Origin: Eukaryota sp. GEM-RC1
Lineage: Eukaryota
DNA: 64,000 nt
NCBI GenBank assembly: GCA_040285855.1
Contig: JAUFOQ010000004.1
Coordinates: 930,001-994,000, forward strand
Direction: 5' to 3'
How positions within the stretch are numbered: position 1 is the stretch's first letter; every line of letters starts with the position of its first letter. Shown here one piece after another: positions 1 through 12,274 of the stretch. Both the position numbers and the translations under genes were made by a program. The notes under the pieces are model-generated. The model had not been told where the DNA came from, ran no database searches, and saw only the letters and a list, made by a program, of their open reading frames with translations.

Positions 1-2772
1 CTACACCAAACGAAAACACTTTCCCATCCTTGCGAAGTAACAACACGTGATTAGCACCGGCAGAAAGAGAATGGATATTATCCAAGTGATAGAGATCACC
101 TCGGAGTTCTCGTACTGCAAACTCAGCGTCAAGAGTACCAAATATAAAGAGCTCACCTTCTTCAGTTAAGATTACTCCAGCTTCGTCACCGACTGAGATC
201 ATTTTGATTGGAGTTTCACTGATTGGGAAACGGTCAGTGTCATATTGAATGCAGTTTTCGGATTTACGAATATTCACACGTTTTTCAAGGTTTTCAACTA
301 CTACTGGTAATTTGCTTCCATCGTGTCTCAAAATGGAACCAAAACCAGCTGGTACAAAGTCTTTGCCCCACATTTTTAAAATTTGATTGTTGTAGTAAAA
401 TCCCCAAGTTTTAGAAATTCCAAACTGATATTCAGGTTTCTCAACTTCAGGTAGAGTAAAGTGATCAAGAGGTGGAATAACAACTTGAGGCAGTTCGATC
501 GGTGGCGAATTATTTAATAAATTGAAATTAATGGGTTTAAATTCAACTGAATTTCCAAAGGTTCCATTTCCTAGCTGACCTCTATTATTGACACCACAAC
601 CAAAAACTTCTCCATTGGAAGTGACTGCTAAAGAAAACGCATCACCAGCAGCAACGTATTTAACGTCATTCAAAGAAACTTTAACAGGAAATACTCTAGA
701 TTTGCAATCACCCAATCCCAGTTGACCCTGACTATTTGCACCCATCGAAAAGAGATTTCCCTGGAAGTCAACAAACAACACGTGACCACCACTACTTGCC
801 ACGTGGACAATGTTATTTAGATAAGGAACAAAAGCTGGTGTTGTATGCTCATATGTCTTTCGCATATGATCATAAACTGATGACGTGTAGCAAACACTGC
901 CATTTTTTAAAAGACAAAATAACTTTGATGTCGTGGCAGTGATGAATGCCACGTTATCAATGAACCTGGACTTAACCGGAACCTCACGAGCATCTTCTTT
1001 ATTACCATTTCCATATATTGCTCCATTACCACCCTTAAACCAAACACTGCCATCTTTCTTCAAGACAGCAACACAACCATCAGGACATGCAACTTGCTGA
1101 ACATCATCAAATCCATCAAAGTCAACAGCTTGCGGTAATTCTTCTTCTTTTGTAAAAACCCAGTTAAGTTTACCCCACATTTTAAGAGAACCATCCTTTT
1201 GAAGAACTACTGAATGGTACATACTACCACTAATTTGAGCAGTAGAAGAAAGGTTCTTTAGCTTAGCAGGTTCATATAAACAAAGAGTAACGTAGTCATC
1301 ATCATGACCTTCAGCCATGTTTCTAATGTAGTAGCCCCAACCATAAGCTTGGCCAGCTTCATCAATGGCATAGACAGTAAGAGGAGCAGCAGAGATGGAG
1401 GTTATGGGAGACTCAGTAGGAATTGGAACCTTCACTGGAACTCCTGAGCATAGGAATCCATCATCTCGAGGATGTCCTAACTGGCCACGTTCTCCATCAC
1501 CCCAAGCATAGACAGAACCATCAAGTTTAAGAGCAACGGTGGAGTAAAGAGTAACTGCAAGTTTACCATAGAAAGGATTGGATGTGATTTCAGAGAAAGA
1601 AATAGAGAATGAAGAATCATCAACAGGAAGAGAGAGGGGTTCGGAAGGAGGGGATGATGAGGGAACTCTGATGAATGAGGAGATTCTAGTGGGAGAAGGT
1701 AGATTTCGCTTATAAGAAGGCATGTCCGAGGTGTCAATGCCCAATAAAGACATATCCCCCCAACCAAACAGTTTTTGTTTGTCATCAAGCAGAAGGATGG
1801 TGGAATCCACAGGAATTATAGCAGTTGCAGGTATAGACAATGTTGACTTGAACTAGGAAGCATTCCAGCCGTATGAGGCAGTATCGTCGTCAAGAAGTAG
1901 TCTGTTGTTAACATTTTTCCTGTACCAAAGACAGTATCATCAACGCAGATGGCGAATCCATGTTGTTCAGACAGGGCGATATCTTTCACAGGGGGGTAGA
2001 TCAAGTTTCTTCGTGGGTAAAACGACAGGAGATAGAATACTGTGAGACGTAGGGTCTATTCCCCACTCAAACATCGATCCATCCCTAGTTAACGCCAAAA
2101 AGTATTGCCCTGTGATAGCGACTTTAGTGACATTAGAGAGATCGTTGACAGCAAAGGAAATGATTTCGCGGAATCATCCTCATGTCCAAGAGCGGTAGTA
2201 TGTTCTCCCCAAGTATATACAATACCATCTCTAGAAAGAGCGATTGCGGCGATTTCTGACAACTCAATTTGGCAAATGTTGTTCAAATTAGGAACACGGA
2301 TAGGAAGGGGACGAGCATCACCTCTACAACCAGTTCCTAGAGAGAACCTCTCATTCTTTCCAAAAGCCCAGACAGTGCCATCGTTTTTGAGGAACAGGAA
2401 TCTTCGATTTGAAACCCGAATTTGCATGACATCATTGATCGTTTTAACAAGCGTTGGTTTTGGTAGAATATGAGCATCATTTATACCCTCAATTTGTACA
2501 AGATCTTTAACATATCGACCCCAAGCATAGAGCGTTCCATTTTCCAACAGGGCAACAACAGTGCGATCACAGCAGGCAACAGACTTGACTTTCTTCAAGT
2601 GAGGGATTTGTGTAGGAATGTAGGGCGTTCCTGATCTTCCAAGAAAGGAATCAGAATCGGACCAGGAATATAATACTCCATCAGTATCAACAGCAAACAC
2701 CCCAGCTGAAGATCCAGCGACACAGCGAAATCGAGTTGTTGTGAACTTAGATAGGAGATTCCGAAACATCAA
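1..2772 (-). CDS. Large RCC1/BLIP-II repeat beta-propeller protein; runs off the window edge and has several single-base frameshifts
   Basis: Repeated RCC1 motifs (LLENGTLYAWG, LKNDGTVWAFGKN, ALKLDGSVYAWGDGERGQLG, FGWG). The frames rejoin after single-base changes in homopolymers (~2155 T-run, ~1991-1996 C-run). The segment below ~1800 appears to stay open toward position 1. Confidence 0.85.
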
Positions 2773-3881
2773 AATGGATAAGTGATCTTTTCCTACCGTG
2801 ACACAACGTGTCTTTATGACCCTACCAGCAACTTTCTTGTAACTTTTGCAAAGTCACGTCTCAATGTCTTAAAAATACGTCTTTATCGAAAGTGCAGTGT
2901 GCCTGCACTTATGGTTGAATCTTTTTCATTGTTTTGATAGCCCTCAATCCCACATCTACTCAGAGTTACAGTTTATCGTGACATGGCGTTACTGTGTTGC
3001 TTTTAATATCTACACCAATGAGTGAGTTCTCGGGGATTGGATGTGCATAGACTGTTGGACATCATCTACCCCACAATTGTACTTCCCGTTCAATGAGTCT
3101 CAACTTTTCAAAGAGGGTTCGTTGAAATGAAGGCCATTTTGTTTCTCAATTCTCCCTTACTCAATAGATCAAATTACAGTATAATCTGTCCAATTGAAAC
3201 ACCTCGGTGAATGACGTTTTGTTTCAATTGGAGAGAGTTTCATTTGCAGAGAGTTTGTGTCTGCATCAATAAAACTGCTTTAAGGATTATATATAAATTA
3301 AGACATCAATAATATCATCATTTTGATGGACAACAGCTCAACGAGTGGTCTGTTTGCAGTTTGAACATCTTTGTCTTTACAAACCATCTCCAGTTGTCTT
3401 ACTAATCTAGTGATGACTCGAACTCGTGATGTTAGAAACACCTTCTTTCACGTGTATGCGGTATCGTTCCTTTGAGATCGATGCTAAGAGTGGTGTAACT
3501 CATAATATAGAAGATTTTGAAAGAAACAAATTGTGTTTATAAAATTGTGGTTATTGAAATGACGAATGAAATACTTCATGTTACTTCAACATCTTTGAGT
3601 TTATAATCAAACAAACATTATAGTGAGCAGGACTGAATAAATATCTACTAGAAAACGGTGATACTTCTGCAAAATGTTGGAGAAATTGTTTCAAATAGGT
3701 TCGAAAAAGTGTTTCAATTTTCAATTTGGTATTAAATTACTCGGTGGCGTGTGGTTTTGTTTCAATTGGAGAGGTTTCAATTGGAGAGATTATACTGTAA
3801 ATGTGTCTCTTCAAAATGTCCAATGTCTACAGTTGATCTTGAATACCGCAATTTTACAGCAACACCACTTATTGAACCATC

Positions 3882-4845
3882 ATGAACATTCTTGTCTTTG
3901 GTGCTTCTGGAAAAGTATGTCCTTGATAACATCTCATCACAGCAAGGAACTTCTCTCCTTGAATCACTTTTGAGCCACGATAACTTCTCCACGGTGGGAA
4001 AGGTTAGATGCTTCTGCCGTCACAGCAACGATCAGCTACAGGATGTTGTTTCCCGCTCCAACAACAAGTTCGAGGTCTTTGAAGGCAACATTGCCAACCA
4101 CGAGAACGTTCGTCATGCCCTTCAAGACATGGACACCGTTTGTCTGATTCAAAATCCCAAAGAATATGCTGATAATGTCACTGAAGGTGCTTCTTTGGAA
4201 TTCGAATACGGCAAAAGAGTCATTGACCAAGCCATTTCTTCCAATGTTCAGAACTTTGTCCTAACTAGCTGGGCTGCATGTTGTAGTGCCAAGGAGGTTC
4301 CCCATTTCCAATCTAAGGGCGGTCTTGAAAGCTACCTCCGTGACAATGGTAAATGCAACAAGAGCATTGTTAGACCAACATGGTTTATGGAGAACTTGCT
4401 CTTTGAAGAAGAACTAAGCCAACCCCTCCGATCTCAAAAGAAACTTTGCCTTCCGCTTTCTCCCAATGTTAAGTTACCAATGTGTTCTATCCGAGATTGT
4501 GGCCGAGCTGAAGCTGATTGTTGTTTAGATCCTCAAAAGCTTTCTCATCACAATGGCGTCATTGAAATCTGCAGTGATATCAAAACTCCACAAGAAATGG
4601 CTAGAATTCTTGGATGTTCTTTTGAACAGACCAGTTGGAATCAATTCTCTGATGAAGCTTTCCAAAAAATGTACCAGTATCTTGCTTCAGAACCTATTAA
4701 GCCTGACCAGGAATTTTGTAAGAGTTGTTGGAGTAACATGATGACCTTTGAAAACTTTGCCTCTCAAACTGGATTGCAGCAAGAGAAAAGAGGAGAAAGA
4801 ATTGAGGGACAAACTGAGCGAGGAGCTGGCGTCTCTAGAACTTAG
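3882..4845 (+). CDS. NmrA-like NAD(P)-binding Rossmann protein (two exons: 3882-3914 and 3943-4845)
   Basis: Splicing out 3915-3942 gives MNILVFGASGK|QGTSLLESL, a GxxGxxG-type Rossmann start. NmrA-type motifs VPHFQSK and IVRPTWFMEN follow. Confidence 0.9.
3915..3942 (+). other. 28-nt spliceosomal intron
   Basis: GTATGTCCTTGATAACATCTCATCACAG. Its removal restores the frame and the GASGKQG motif, which is uninterrupted (ASGRQG) in the paralog. Confidence 0.9.
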
Positions 4846-5889
4846 ATGTGTAGAAATGTATTCATAAAATTTGAAATTTTGGTTCAAGATTGGTGAAAAT
4901 CAAAAACTTTCTTTAATAAAACAGGACAACGTACTTTTGAGAACTTCAGTGAATTAGAGTTTCCAATTCCTTTTAAGCAGTTTTGACAAAAGTTGCAAAC
5001 AATTACAGAATTCTCGATTCAAAACATATAAATCTGGCGATAATGAAACAAGAGTCCCAGTACAGGTTCATAATGTTCTACAATCAGTTTGGGACCATTG
5101 TTGTTGATTATCTAAGAGAATCTCTTTGTTGAGACAAATCTCAGCCGTCCTGAATATATCAACAACTTACTTTAAGACTTTCCACAACTCGTGATTTCTG
5201 AAGAAAAGAAGTCGAATACGAGGATCAATCCAATGATAACTATGGACTATCAAGAATGCGAAAGATGAGCAGAGAACAGCCAGTTTGTGGTGGTCGTCAA
5301 TCAACATCGCTCGAAAAAAGTGTGACGCAGTTTCTTTGAATCACAGTGATCAAAGATGAACCAAATCTTAACATCCGAACAATCAAGGACGGATCGCATC
5401 AAAGTCCGTGTAATAGAATAAGACAAGGATTTCGACATTTGATTCGAATTGGAAATCAATGAGTAGGGAAGGAAAAGAATTTTGACACGCAGAGATGAAT
5501 ATAAATATTTGCTCTCATATCGTTCAATGCCAAAAGTCAGTGTTTATGTCTCTTCTTTATTTGCCTTATCCATCTCAATGTCTTGATTACCTCCATTTAC
5601 CCCGTTTTTGGCTCTGGTAGACAGTGTTGTTCATCTTTTTAGTTTCTCTGCTTTACAGTACTACCATTGAATTCCTTCATTTTAAAGTCTATTGTCAGTC
5701 ACTTCTCCTCACTTTGATCTGTTTAAGACACCAAATTCTTTGGTTTTGGGTTTATCAATGGTGAAAGTAATTTTCAACATATCACAGCCCTTTGAATCAC
5801 ACTTTGATTGATACTTTTGATTAACTCAAACTACTCTTTTTTACGACATAAATCTTTCTGTCGTTTCTTTTCACTTTTACACAGCTATC

Positions 5890-6450
5890 TCCTATCGTAA
5901 GCTCTTTTCAGCTGTATAATTACATCTTTTCCATTTGTGCTTCTCCTTATGCTTCGACTTTACATCATCATTGGAATTTTTCCACTCTTGTAATCTTTTT
6001 CTTAATTCTTTTAATTCTTTTCTTAATCGTTTTTTGAGTGGTTTATCAACAAAAACATCTTCCTCTGCAAGCTCAGCGACTGTCTTTGGAGAAACACAAC
6101 GTATCAAATCATATTCATTTGGATTGATACCAACAATACGTTTTTCCTTTAATTGTAATTCTTCCATAATTTCATCTGATGAAGAGCGAATGTCTCTTTC
6201 TGTTGAAATTGAAGATCATCTGAAGACAAATGATTTTGTTGGAGCCACAGTTTTGTCAGCAAGGACGTGATCAACGACCTTTTTTCTTATTTAATCTGCA
6301 TTTTTGCCACGTATACGTACAAATCTGTGATTCATCCATTCAGTATCCAATATGCTGCGGAATCAATGTCTTCGTCATTGGAAAAGGGTTGTTTACACTG
6401 ATTGGTTTTCCATTAACTATACATAAAGATTGTATAGTTCGGTTGATGTA
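5890..6450 (-). pseudogene. Degenerate Fanzor remnant (around RuvC-I)
   Basis: KRIVGINPNEYDL matches KKIAGIDPNEYDL of the 24-28 kb Fanzor. KWKRCNYTA matches KWVTDVYTA, and upstream NNPFPMTKTLIPQHI matches NVFPQRTELIPGYI. The catalytic D is replaced by N and there are stops. Confidence 0.75.
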
Positions 6451-7239
6451 CAGAACATGAGAAATTAATTCTGTCGGCTTTGCTTTCAGTGTCTAGTAAG
6501 TGTTCATAGCCTTCTTTGAAAACATTGGAAACAATGAAAATTCTCTAAAGGTTTTGGGTATCTCCTTTTCAGGAGAGGATTTTGAGGTGTTTTCATCCTT
6601 TTTAGGAGAGGTTCTACCGGATTTTCATTAAATTACGTTATTTGATGTCAAAGTAGAAAGTCCTAATGGATACGAATCAAAATCATTAGATTGCATCAAA
6701 TTTGATTCACAAAGATGTTTGTCTAAAACCAAATATGCTATGTAGGACTACACTATTTCATTTTTTGTATTCCAACAATTTCATTGTTCCGTTTTGTGAA
6801 CAACTGGCGTTGATCTAACGATCCTTTAGAACGTGACTTGACGTAAAATAATTTGTTTGAGTAGAGGTCGGTTAAAAAATGGACTTAAAATAGCTTTTCA
6901 AATGAGTTGGAATGGGCCACAAAATGATGTTAAGCTGACTTGGCTTTTTCGGTAGTTCGGAACTACTTTCCCACCAACAAAAGGCCTCTCATCGAATCCA
7001 CAAACACTTACGTTCGAACAGACCCATAATTGTCTGTTGATCTTTACTCAATCCGGAAGATCTCCTTAACAGTCTACCGTGTCGGTCAAGACATTTCCAG
7101 ATTGTTGTTTTTTTGTCGTTTTTTACTGTGTTCTATATTATCAAATAAAAGTTTAAAGAATTAAATAAAAGATCTGGTCTGATGTTTTACTAGTTGAATT
7201 TATGTCATAAATTTACGAAATCCATACTATCAGTACTAA

Positions 7240-7900
7240 GTTAAGTTGTAATTGCTACATAACATCTCCATTGTGTATGCATGATGCTGTGAGAGACCAA
7301 ATAATACATACCATGTGTAAGTCTTACAAAATTGAATCATTTGTTTCACCACTTCTAAGATCTTCAAAACCAAAAAGTAATTGTAATGACGAATAACAGA
7401 ACCAATTTTTTTTGGTAAACGGAGAGCAGATGTTGTTGTTCCTTCTTCTTCAGACAAATTGTTCGTAGTCAATGTAGTGTCAGTGGATGAATGTAAAAAG
7501 ACCTCTTTAAAGAATTCTTACTCTGAAACTTCCCCTTTAGACATTTGTGAACAAGCCAAACAGCATAAATACAAGAAACCATTGATGGCTCTGAAACAAG
7601 TAAAACACGTTGAATACGAATTATGCCCTTTGCTGTTTCCAATTTATGGACGTTTAGGAAAAGTGCATTTAATTTTTTAAACGATTTCGGAAAAATCGTA
7701 AAAAATAGGATAAGCAAACGTTTTGATCATATGGTATGGATGAATAATATCGTTTTTACTTTTTTTAAAACAATTCCCCTAATCATCTCCAAAGCTTTAT
7801 CAGCAATGAGTTCCTTTTATGACGACAAAGCTGTTATAAGATTTGATATCGACGGGTGTTGTTTTAATGACATCAAATTTTAGTTGTTTCGTCTATTGCA
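7240..7900 (+). mobile_element. Degenerate 3' fragment of a CRE-like non-LTR retrotransposon (REL endonuclease region)
   Basis: Broken frames read HDAVRDQ..MCKSYKIESFV..RRADVVVP..KQHKY. Nucleotide similarity to 33970-34395 and motif similarity to 61956-62948. Confidence 0.65.
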
Positions 7901-8504
7901 TTCAGAATAATATTTTCTCTGAAAAACTATTAGTACTTATAACACTATTTTACTGATGTTTGTTCTTTAAAAGATGCATAGATTAAAACAATGTCCATCA
8001 GTTGGATTGTTCTAAGACCAACAGTTAGTATCTAAGTTAGTTAGTACGATGGATGTCATAAAAGAAATGAATATCAAAATCTGTATTAAGCCACCAAAAT
8101 CAACATCACAAGATGTTGAACTTTCATCATTTTCCACAGAACATATAGATATACAACGACCAGTGTTGAAACACTTAACTATCTTTCATCAGTACACATG
8201 TTTTAGTGAGATCAATCGATTGATAAACACTCATCTTCAACTCTACTCCACTGTTCCTTCTTCTTAGCATGTGTCTAATCGTTTTTTTAAAGATACAAAT
8301 TCAAGTGCCAGTTAGATTCGGTGCATTCTTAAAAGAGCTGGAGACATAAACCAAATGCACCAGTACAATTTACTTCCAAGTATGATTTCGTCCTATCTAC
8401 AAGCAAAAATCCAGATGGCTTTCCATTTGTGATATGAATGCTAAATTTTTCATTGATTTATCAAGTTAATCCTTTATAAAGTCGTTTGGTGTTAGTCTTA
8501 TTAG

Positions 8505-8889
8505 CAGTGTTCGAAAATTTTCCACCCGGACGCCACCCGGGTGGTTACTGGGTGGCATTAAAGAACGAGGCATTAGTTTTGGTGCAAAAAATACTTTGTA
8601 CACCATATACAATAAAACTAAAAGTACTTTAGCAGTGTTTGATATGAAATAACTAACGATGAAGTACTTTGTTTAGGTTTGGGATTAAAAAATACCCTCT
8701 GAAAAATAAATAAATAAGATGATATTAGACTCTCCGAGCCTGGAAATAACTCCTGTTAAAATAATTGTATTCAGATCACGTTGAACAACGAAGTATGTAT
8801 TCAGGAAGTCATGGATTGAAGATGATGGTTTGACCAAAATTTTCCACCCAGTACCACCCAGACGCCACCCGGGTGGTTTTCAAACACTG
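8505..8889. mobile_element. hAT-like MITE A (385 bp)
   Basis: TIRs CAGTGTTCGAAAA / TTTTCAAACACTG, perfect 8-bp TSD CTTATTAG (8497-8504, 8890-8897), and subterminal CCACCCGGGTGG motifs at both ends. Confidence 0.92.
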
Positions 8890-8938
8890 CTTATTAGTGT
8901 GTAGATGTTTTTACAAATTCACATTTGTTCAGGGATCG

Positions 8939-9778
8939 CAGAACGCTAACACGTAACACGCGTGTTAACACGAGTTATGAATTTTCAATGATTTCTAACA
9001 CGTAAACAGGCTTTCCAGTTGATAAAAAACGTCGTTTTTTTATTATTGTCAACGTTTTTTATATTCTGGATTGACACATAAAGCACGACTTTCTACTCCA
9101 CGTTTGTCTTAATTAGACAGGTGTTTTTTCACGTAGGTTGGTTCTGACCAAGCAAGACTGAAAAAAAGGCAAGAGTATTTGTTGGTGACACTATTACTCG
9201 TATAAAATACGCTCTTTGGTTCTGTATCTGAGTGAAACGACCTTCAGGTACACTCGAACAGTGTTCAAGTTGCACACACCTTGTTATCTTCCCACCGTGT
9301 CCACGTGATCACCGTTAGATGGTCACTGTACATCATCTCCATGGTGTTATCGTTGCAATGTTAAAACAACATAGCTACAATGATCGAAATATGAATGATT
9401 TGGTTGACGAAAATGAAGTAAGAATAAAGTGAAAAGTACAAAGAGTTGAACTGCTCCTTTTGAACGTTTTAATTAATTTCGAAAAAAACGTAAAAAACGA
9501 TATAAAACACCGTTATTTATTTTATCAACATTTTTTACAAGCCTGCACACAAATATCGAATATTATTTTCGGTCTGAATGATGTGAAAATGTCTTTTGTT
9601 GCTCAAAGAATGAAAGACGATGTTTTAGAAGTCTTTTACAGGGAAGTAGAGTATCGTAGAGATGAATGTGAAGAACAAGGAGCTATTTATCGTTGATCTA
9701 GAAACCAGGAAAAATTCTTCTAACGCAAACACGTAACACGCGTGTTAACACAATTTTGTAACGTGTTAGCGTTCACTG
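8939..9778. mobile_element. hAT-like non-autonomous element B (~840 bp)
   Basis: Ends CAGAACGCTAACACGT and ACGTGTTAGCGTTCACTG are near-inverted. Flanks CAGGGATCG / CAGGGACG look like an imperfect TSD. AACACGTAACACGCGTGTTAACAC occurs near both ends. Confidence 0.8.
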
Positions 9779-10248
9779 CAGGGACGTTACTTTTTTGGGT
9801 ACCGAATAAATAGTCACTATTCTTGTCAATATTTTTCTTACGTCACAGGCTGTAAAGTTGTAAAGTTTGAGTGTAACATAAAGTTAGTAATTGTCAACTC
9901 TACAAAACTCAATTTAATTGTAATATACAACTGTGTTTCGTTTGTAATTGAACTAATATGGTTAGTACAGAACTATTTGATGAATTGTGACCATTTTACG
10001 TTTGTGAACGAATAAACATCAACAGTACACTTGAGCGCAGTTACTTGTGATCATATTGGTTAAAACGTTACAGAAAGATCAACATTGAGTACTTGGAAAA
10101 ATCGTTAACCTCTGATGTTGTTAAGTATAGCGTAAATGACTTACTCGACTGAGACCACGTTATTGCACGGTTATTAATTGAAGGTCACAACACGTACTAC
10201 AAACACGAAGTGAATTATTTCCAAACACGTGTGTTTCCCTCCATTCTG

Positions 10249-10875
10249 ATGAGTTGGAACTCTCCCGTCTTAACATGTCCACACTGCAATACATCCTTTA
10301 ACCGTTCTGCTGCTGATATATCTTCCTTAAAAAGAAAGCTAGCTCGTTCTCAAAAAGCAATCTCCAAAATGTCCAACCACATGCAGTCCACTATTGAATC
10401 ATTCCACACCCAAAAGAAAGACATCATTAGTTCCTATGAACAACAAATAAAGCAAATCCGTCAATCTCACTCAGATCACACACACCAACAGATTCTTGCC
10501 CTTGAACTGGAGAACAAAAGACTCAAGGAACTTGTCTGCCACTGGAAGCATAAGTATGACCATCTTTATGACTCAAACCGTACTTCAAGATCTCGTCCCT
10601 TTGTTCCACCCTCACCTCCATCTCCTGAATCTTCCACTCAGTCCCCCACTCCATCAGAGGATGTTCAATCAATGTCGTCTGTACTTGATGCCATGGAAGC
10701 TTATGTTCCGTCTGCGTTAGAAAAGAAAAAGAAGAAGCTAACGTCGTCTTCTAGACGATCTGAATCTCTAGAATCCAGCTTTTCATCTCCTTCTGGGAAA
10801 AGAGAATCTAAAATTGATGTAGCTCTGCGTTCTTTAAAGAAGCCTATCTGGATGAGAGCTAGACCTCCTTCCTAA
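10249..10875 (+). CDS. Hypothetical coiled-coil protein with an N-terminal CPHC motif and a Ser/Pro-rich tail
   Basis: Uninterrupted ~208-aa ORF from ATG 10249 with a heptad-like charged helix. Confidence 0.65.
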   Translation: MSWNSPVLTCPHCNTSFNRSAADISSLKRKLARSQKAISKMSNHMQSTIESFHTQKKDIISSYEQQIKQIRQSHSDHTHQQILALELENKRLKELVCHWKHKYDHLYDSNRTSRSRPFVPPSPPSPESSTQSPTPSEDVQSMSSVLDAMEAYVPSALEKKKKKLTSSSRRSESLESSFSSPSGKRESKIDVALRSLKKPIWMRARPPS

Positions 10876-11901
10876 TATTTTAAATATTTTACATATTCGA
10901 GTTTTTAAGTTTTTCTTTCATTACTTAACTTGACTGATTTGTCAGCAATCAAAAGTTTTGTTTTCTTTGGTGATATTGATGATTCTTGCCAGTTAGTTCA
11001 ATGGAGAGACTCGTCATGATTCCTTCTTCTTTTTTTGTAGTATTCATATTACTGAGTCCTGTGTTCCAAAAGAGGAAAGTCGACTAGGATGCCGAGACAC
11101 TTTCCTATTGTAATGGCTCTTATGTATGGATCTATTAGTGCTTTTGTTCACTTGGATAGCACGTTTGTTCCAAATATTGTATTTTCAAAATTTTGATTGG
11201 ATCTAGTGTTGGCTTTTTTCCAATACTGTAGTTGGACCATATTGTCAAATTTTTATTTATGTTTGTTCTATTTTTTGGAAGAAGAGATTCAATTTATATT
11301 GTACGTAAAATACAGCAACGTAATGAACTGTTTGTAGATGAAGGAGACAAAAATAAATATCAAAATAAAAGCTATGAAGCAGTAGACACACATTACTTTA
11401 CTTTACTTGAAACGTCCAAAAGGGTAAAGTAACAAAACTTCAATGTTAGTTTGGTGACCAGAGATGTCCAAAAAGCATCATTACCCAATCTATATTGTAG
11501 AAACTCACCAAAAACAACAAAATATTAAAAACCAAGCAAGTCAGTGCTTGTCTTTTAATATTAACATGGAATGACTCTTTCTAGATTGGGCATGTCTTAT
11601 TAAATACGAAGTTAAGGCAGATATATTGACCAAAATTTTCGGGTTGTTGATGGCAGAGCAAAGCTGAACGGATCTTTTGGGTTCAAGATTTGGAACATAG
11701 TGCCCCTCCATGGCCCATTTGTTGACCGAGTGAGTTGTCCCACAGAGCTGCAGTAAAACCGAGCACAAGTTCTTGACAGTACTTCAACAATTTGACAGAC
11801 TGACCTCCATTCTTTGGAAGGAAGTGACGTCATGTGTATATGGGAAGAGGAAACTAAACACGAATATATATTACAAAAACTATTGAAAAGACGATTGAGA
11901 T

Positions 11902-12026
11902 CAGGGCGTACTTTAATGGCCTTAAAGTAACTTTAAAGTGAAAGTAAAGTAGCGCTTAAAGTAAAGTAAACTACTTTACTTTACTTTACTTTAATTTGGA
12001 ATTTCGGACTACTTTAGTGAAGCCTG
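11902..12026. repeat. Short inverted array of AAAGT/ACTTT units; possible MITE remnant
   Basis: Starts CAGG, ends CCTG. AAAGT repeats are followed by ACTTT repeats. No TSD found. Confidence 0.4.
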
Positions 12027-12274
12027 TACGTCAATACCCCGCGAGAATTGGATTAAAATCCAAAGACTTTAAGTATTTGGATGATGCATGTATCAGCCAC
12101 GTTAATACTGAGGAGCAACAAATCACATAACACTGACAACAATCATTCAAAATTTGAATTTCAAATAATTGATCAAAATAATATATTTCAATATAATAAC
12201 TGGGTCATTATAAGTCAAAAATTCCGCTTAACAAACTTGACAATGTGGGCCAATAAACAATGCCCTCAAGTATA

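Noticed and set aside
3892..3942. ORF-track start MSLVLLEKYV for the NmrA gene
   Set aside because: It reads through the intron from a non-ATG codon. The spliced ATG at 3882 restores the Rossmann motif.
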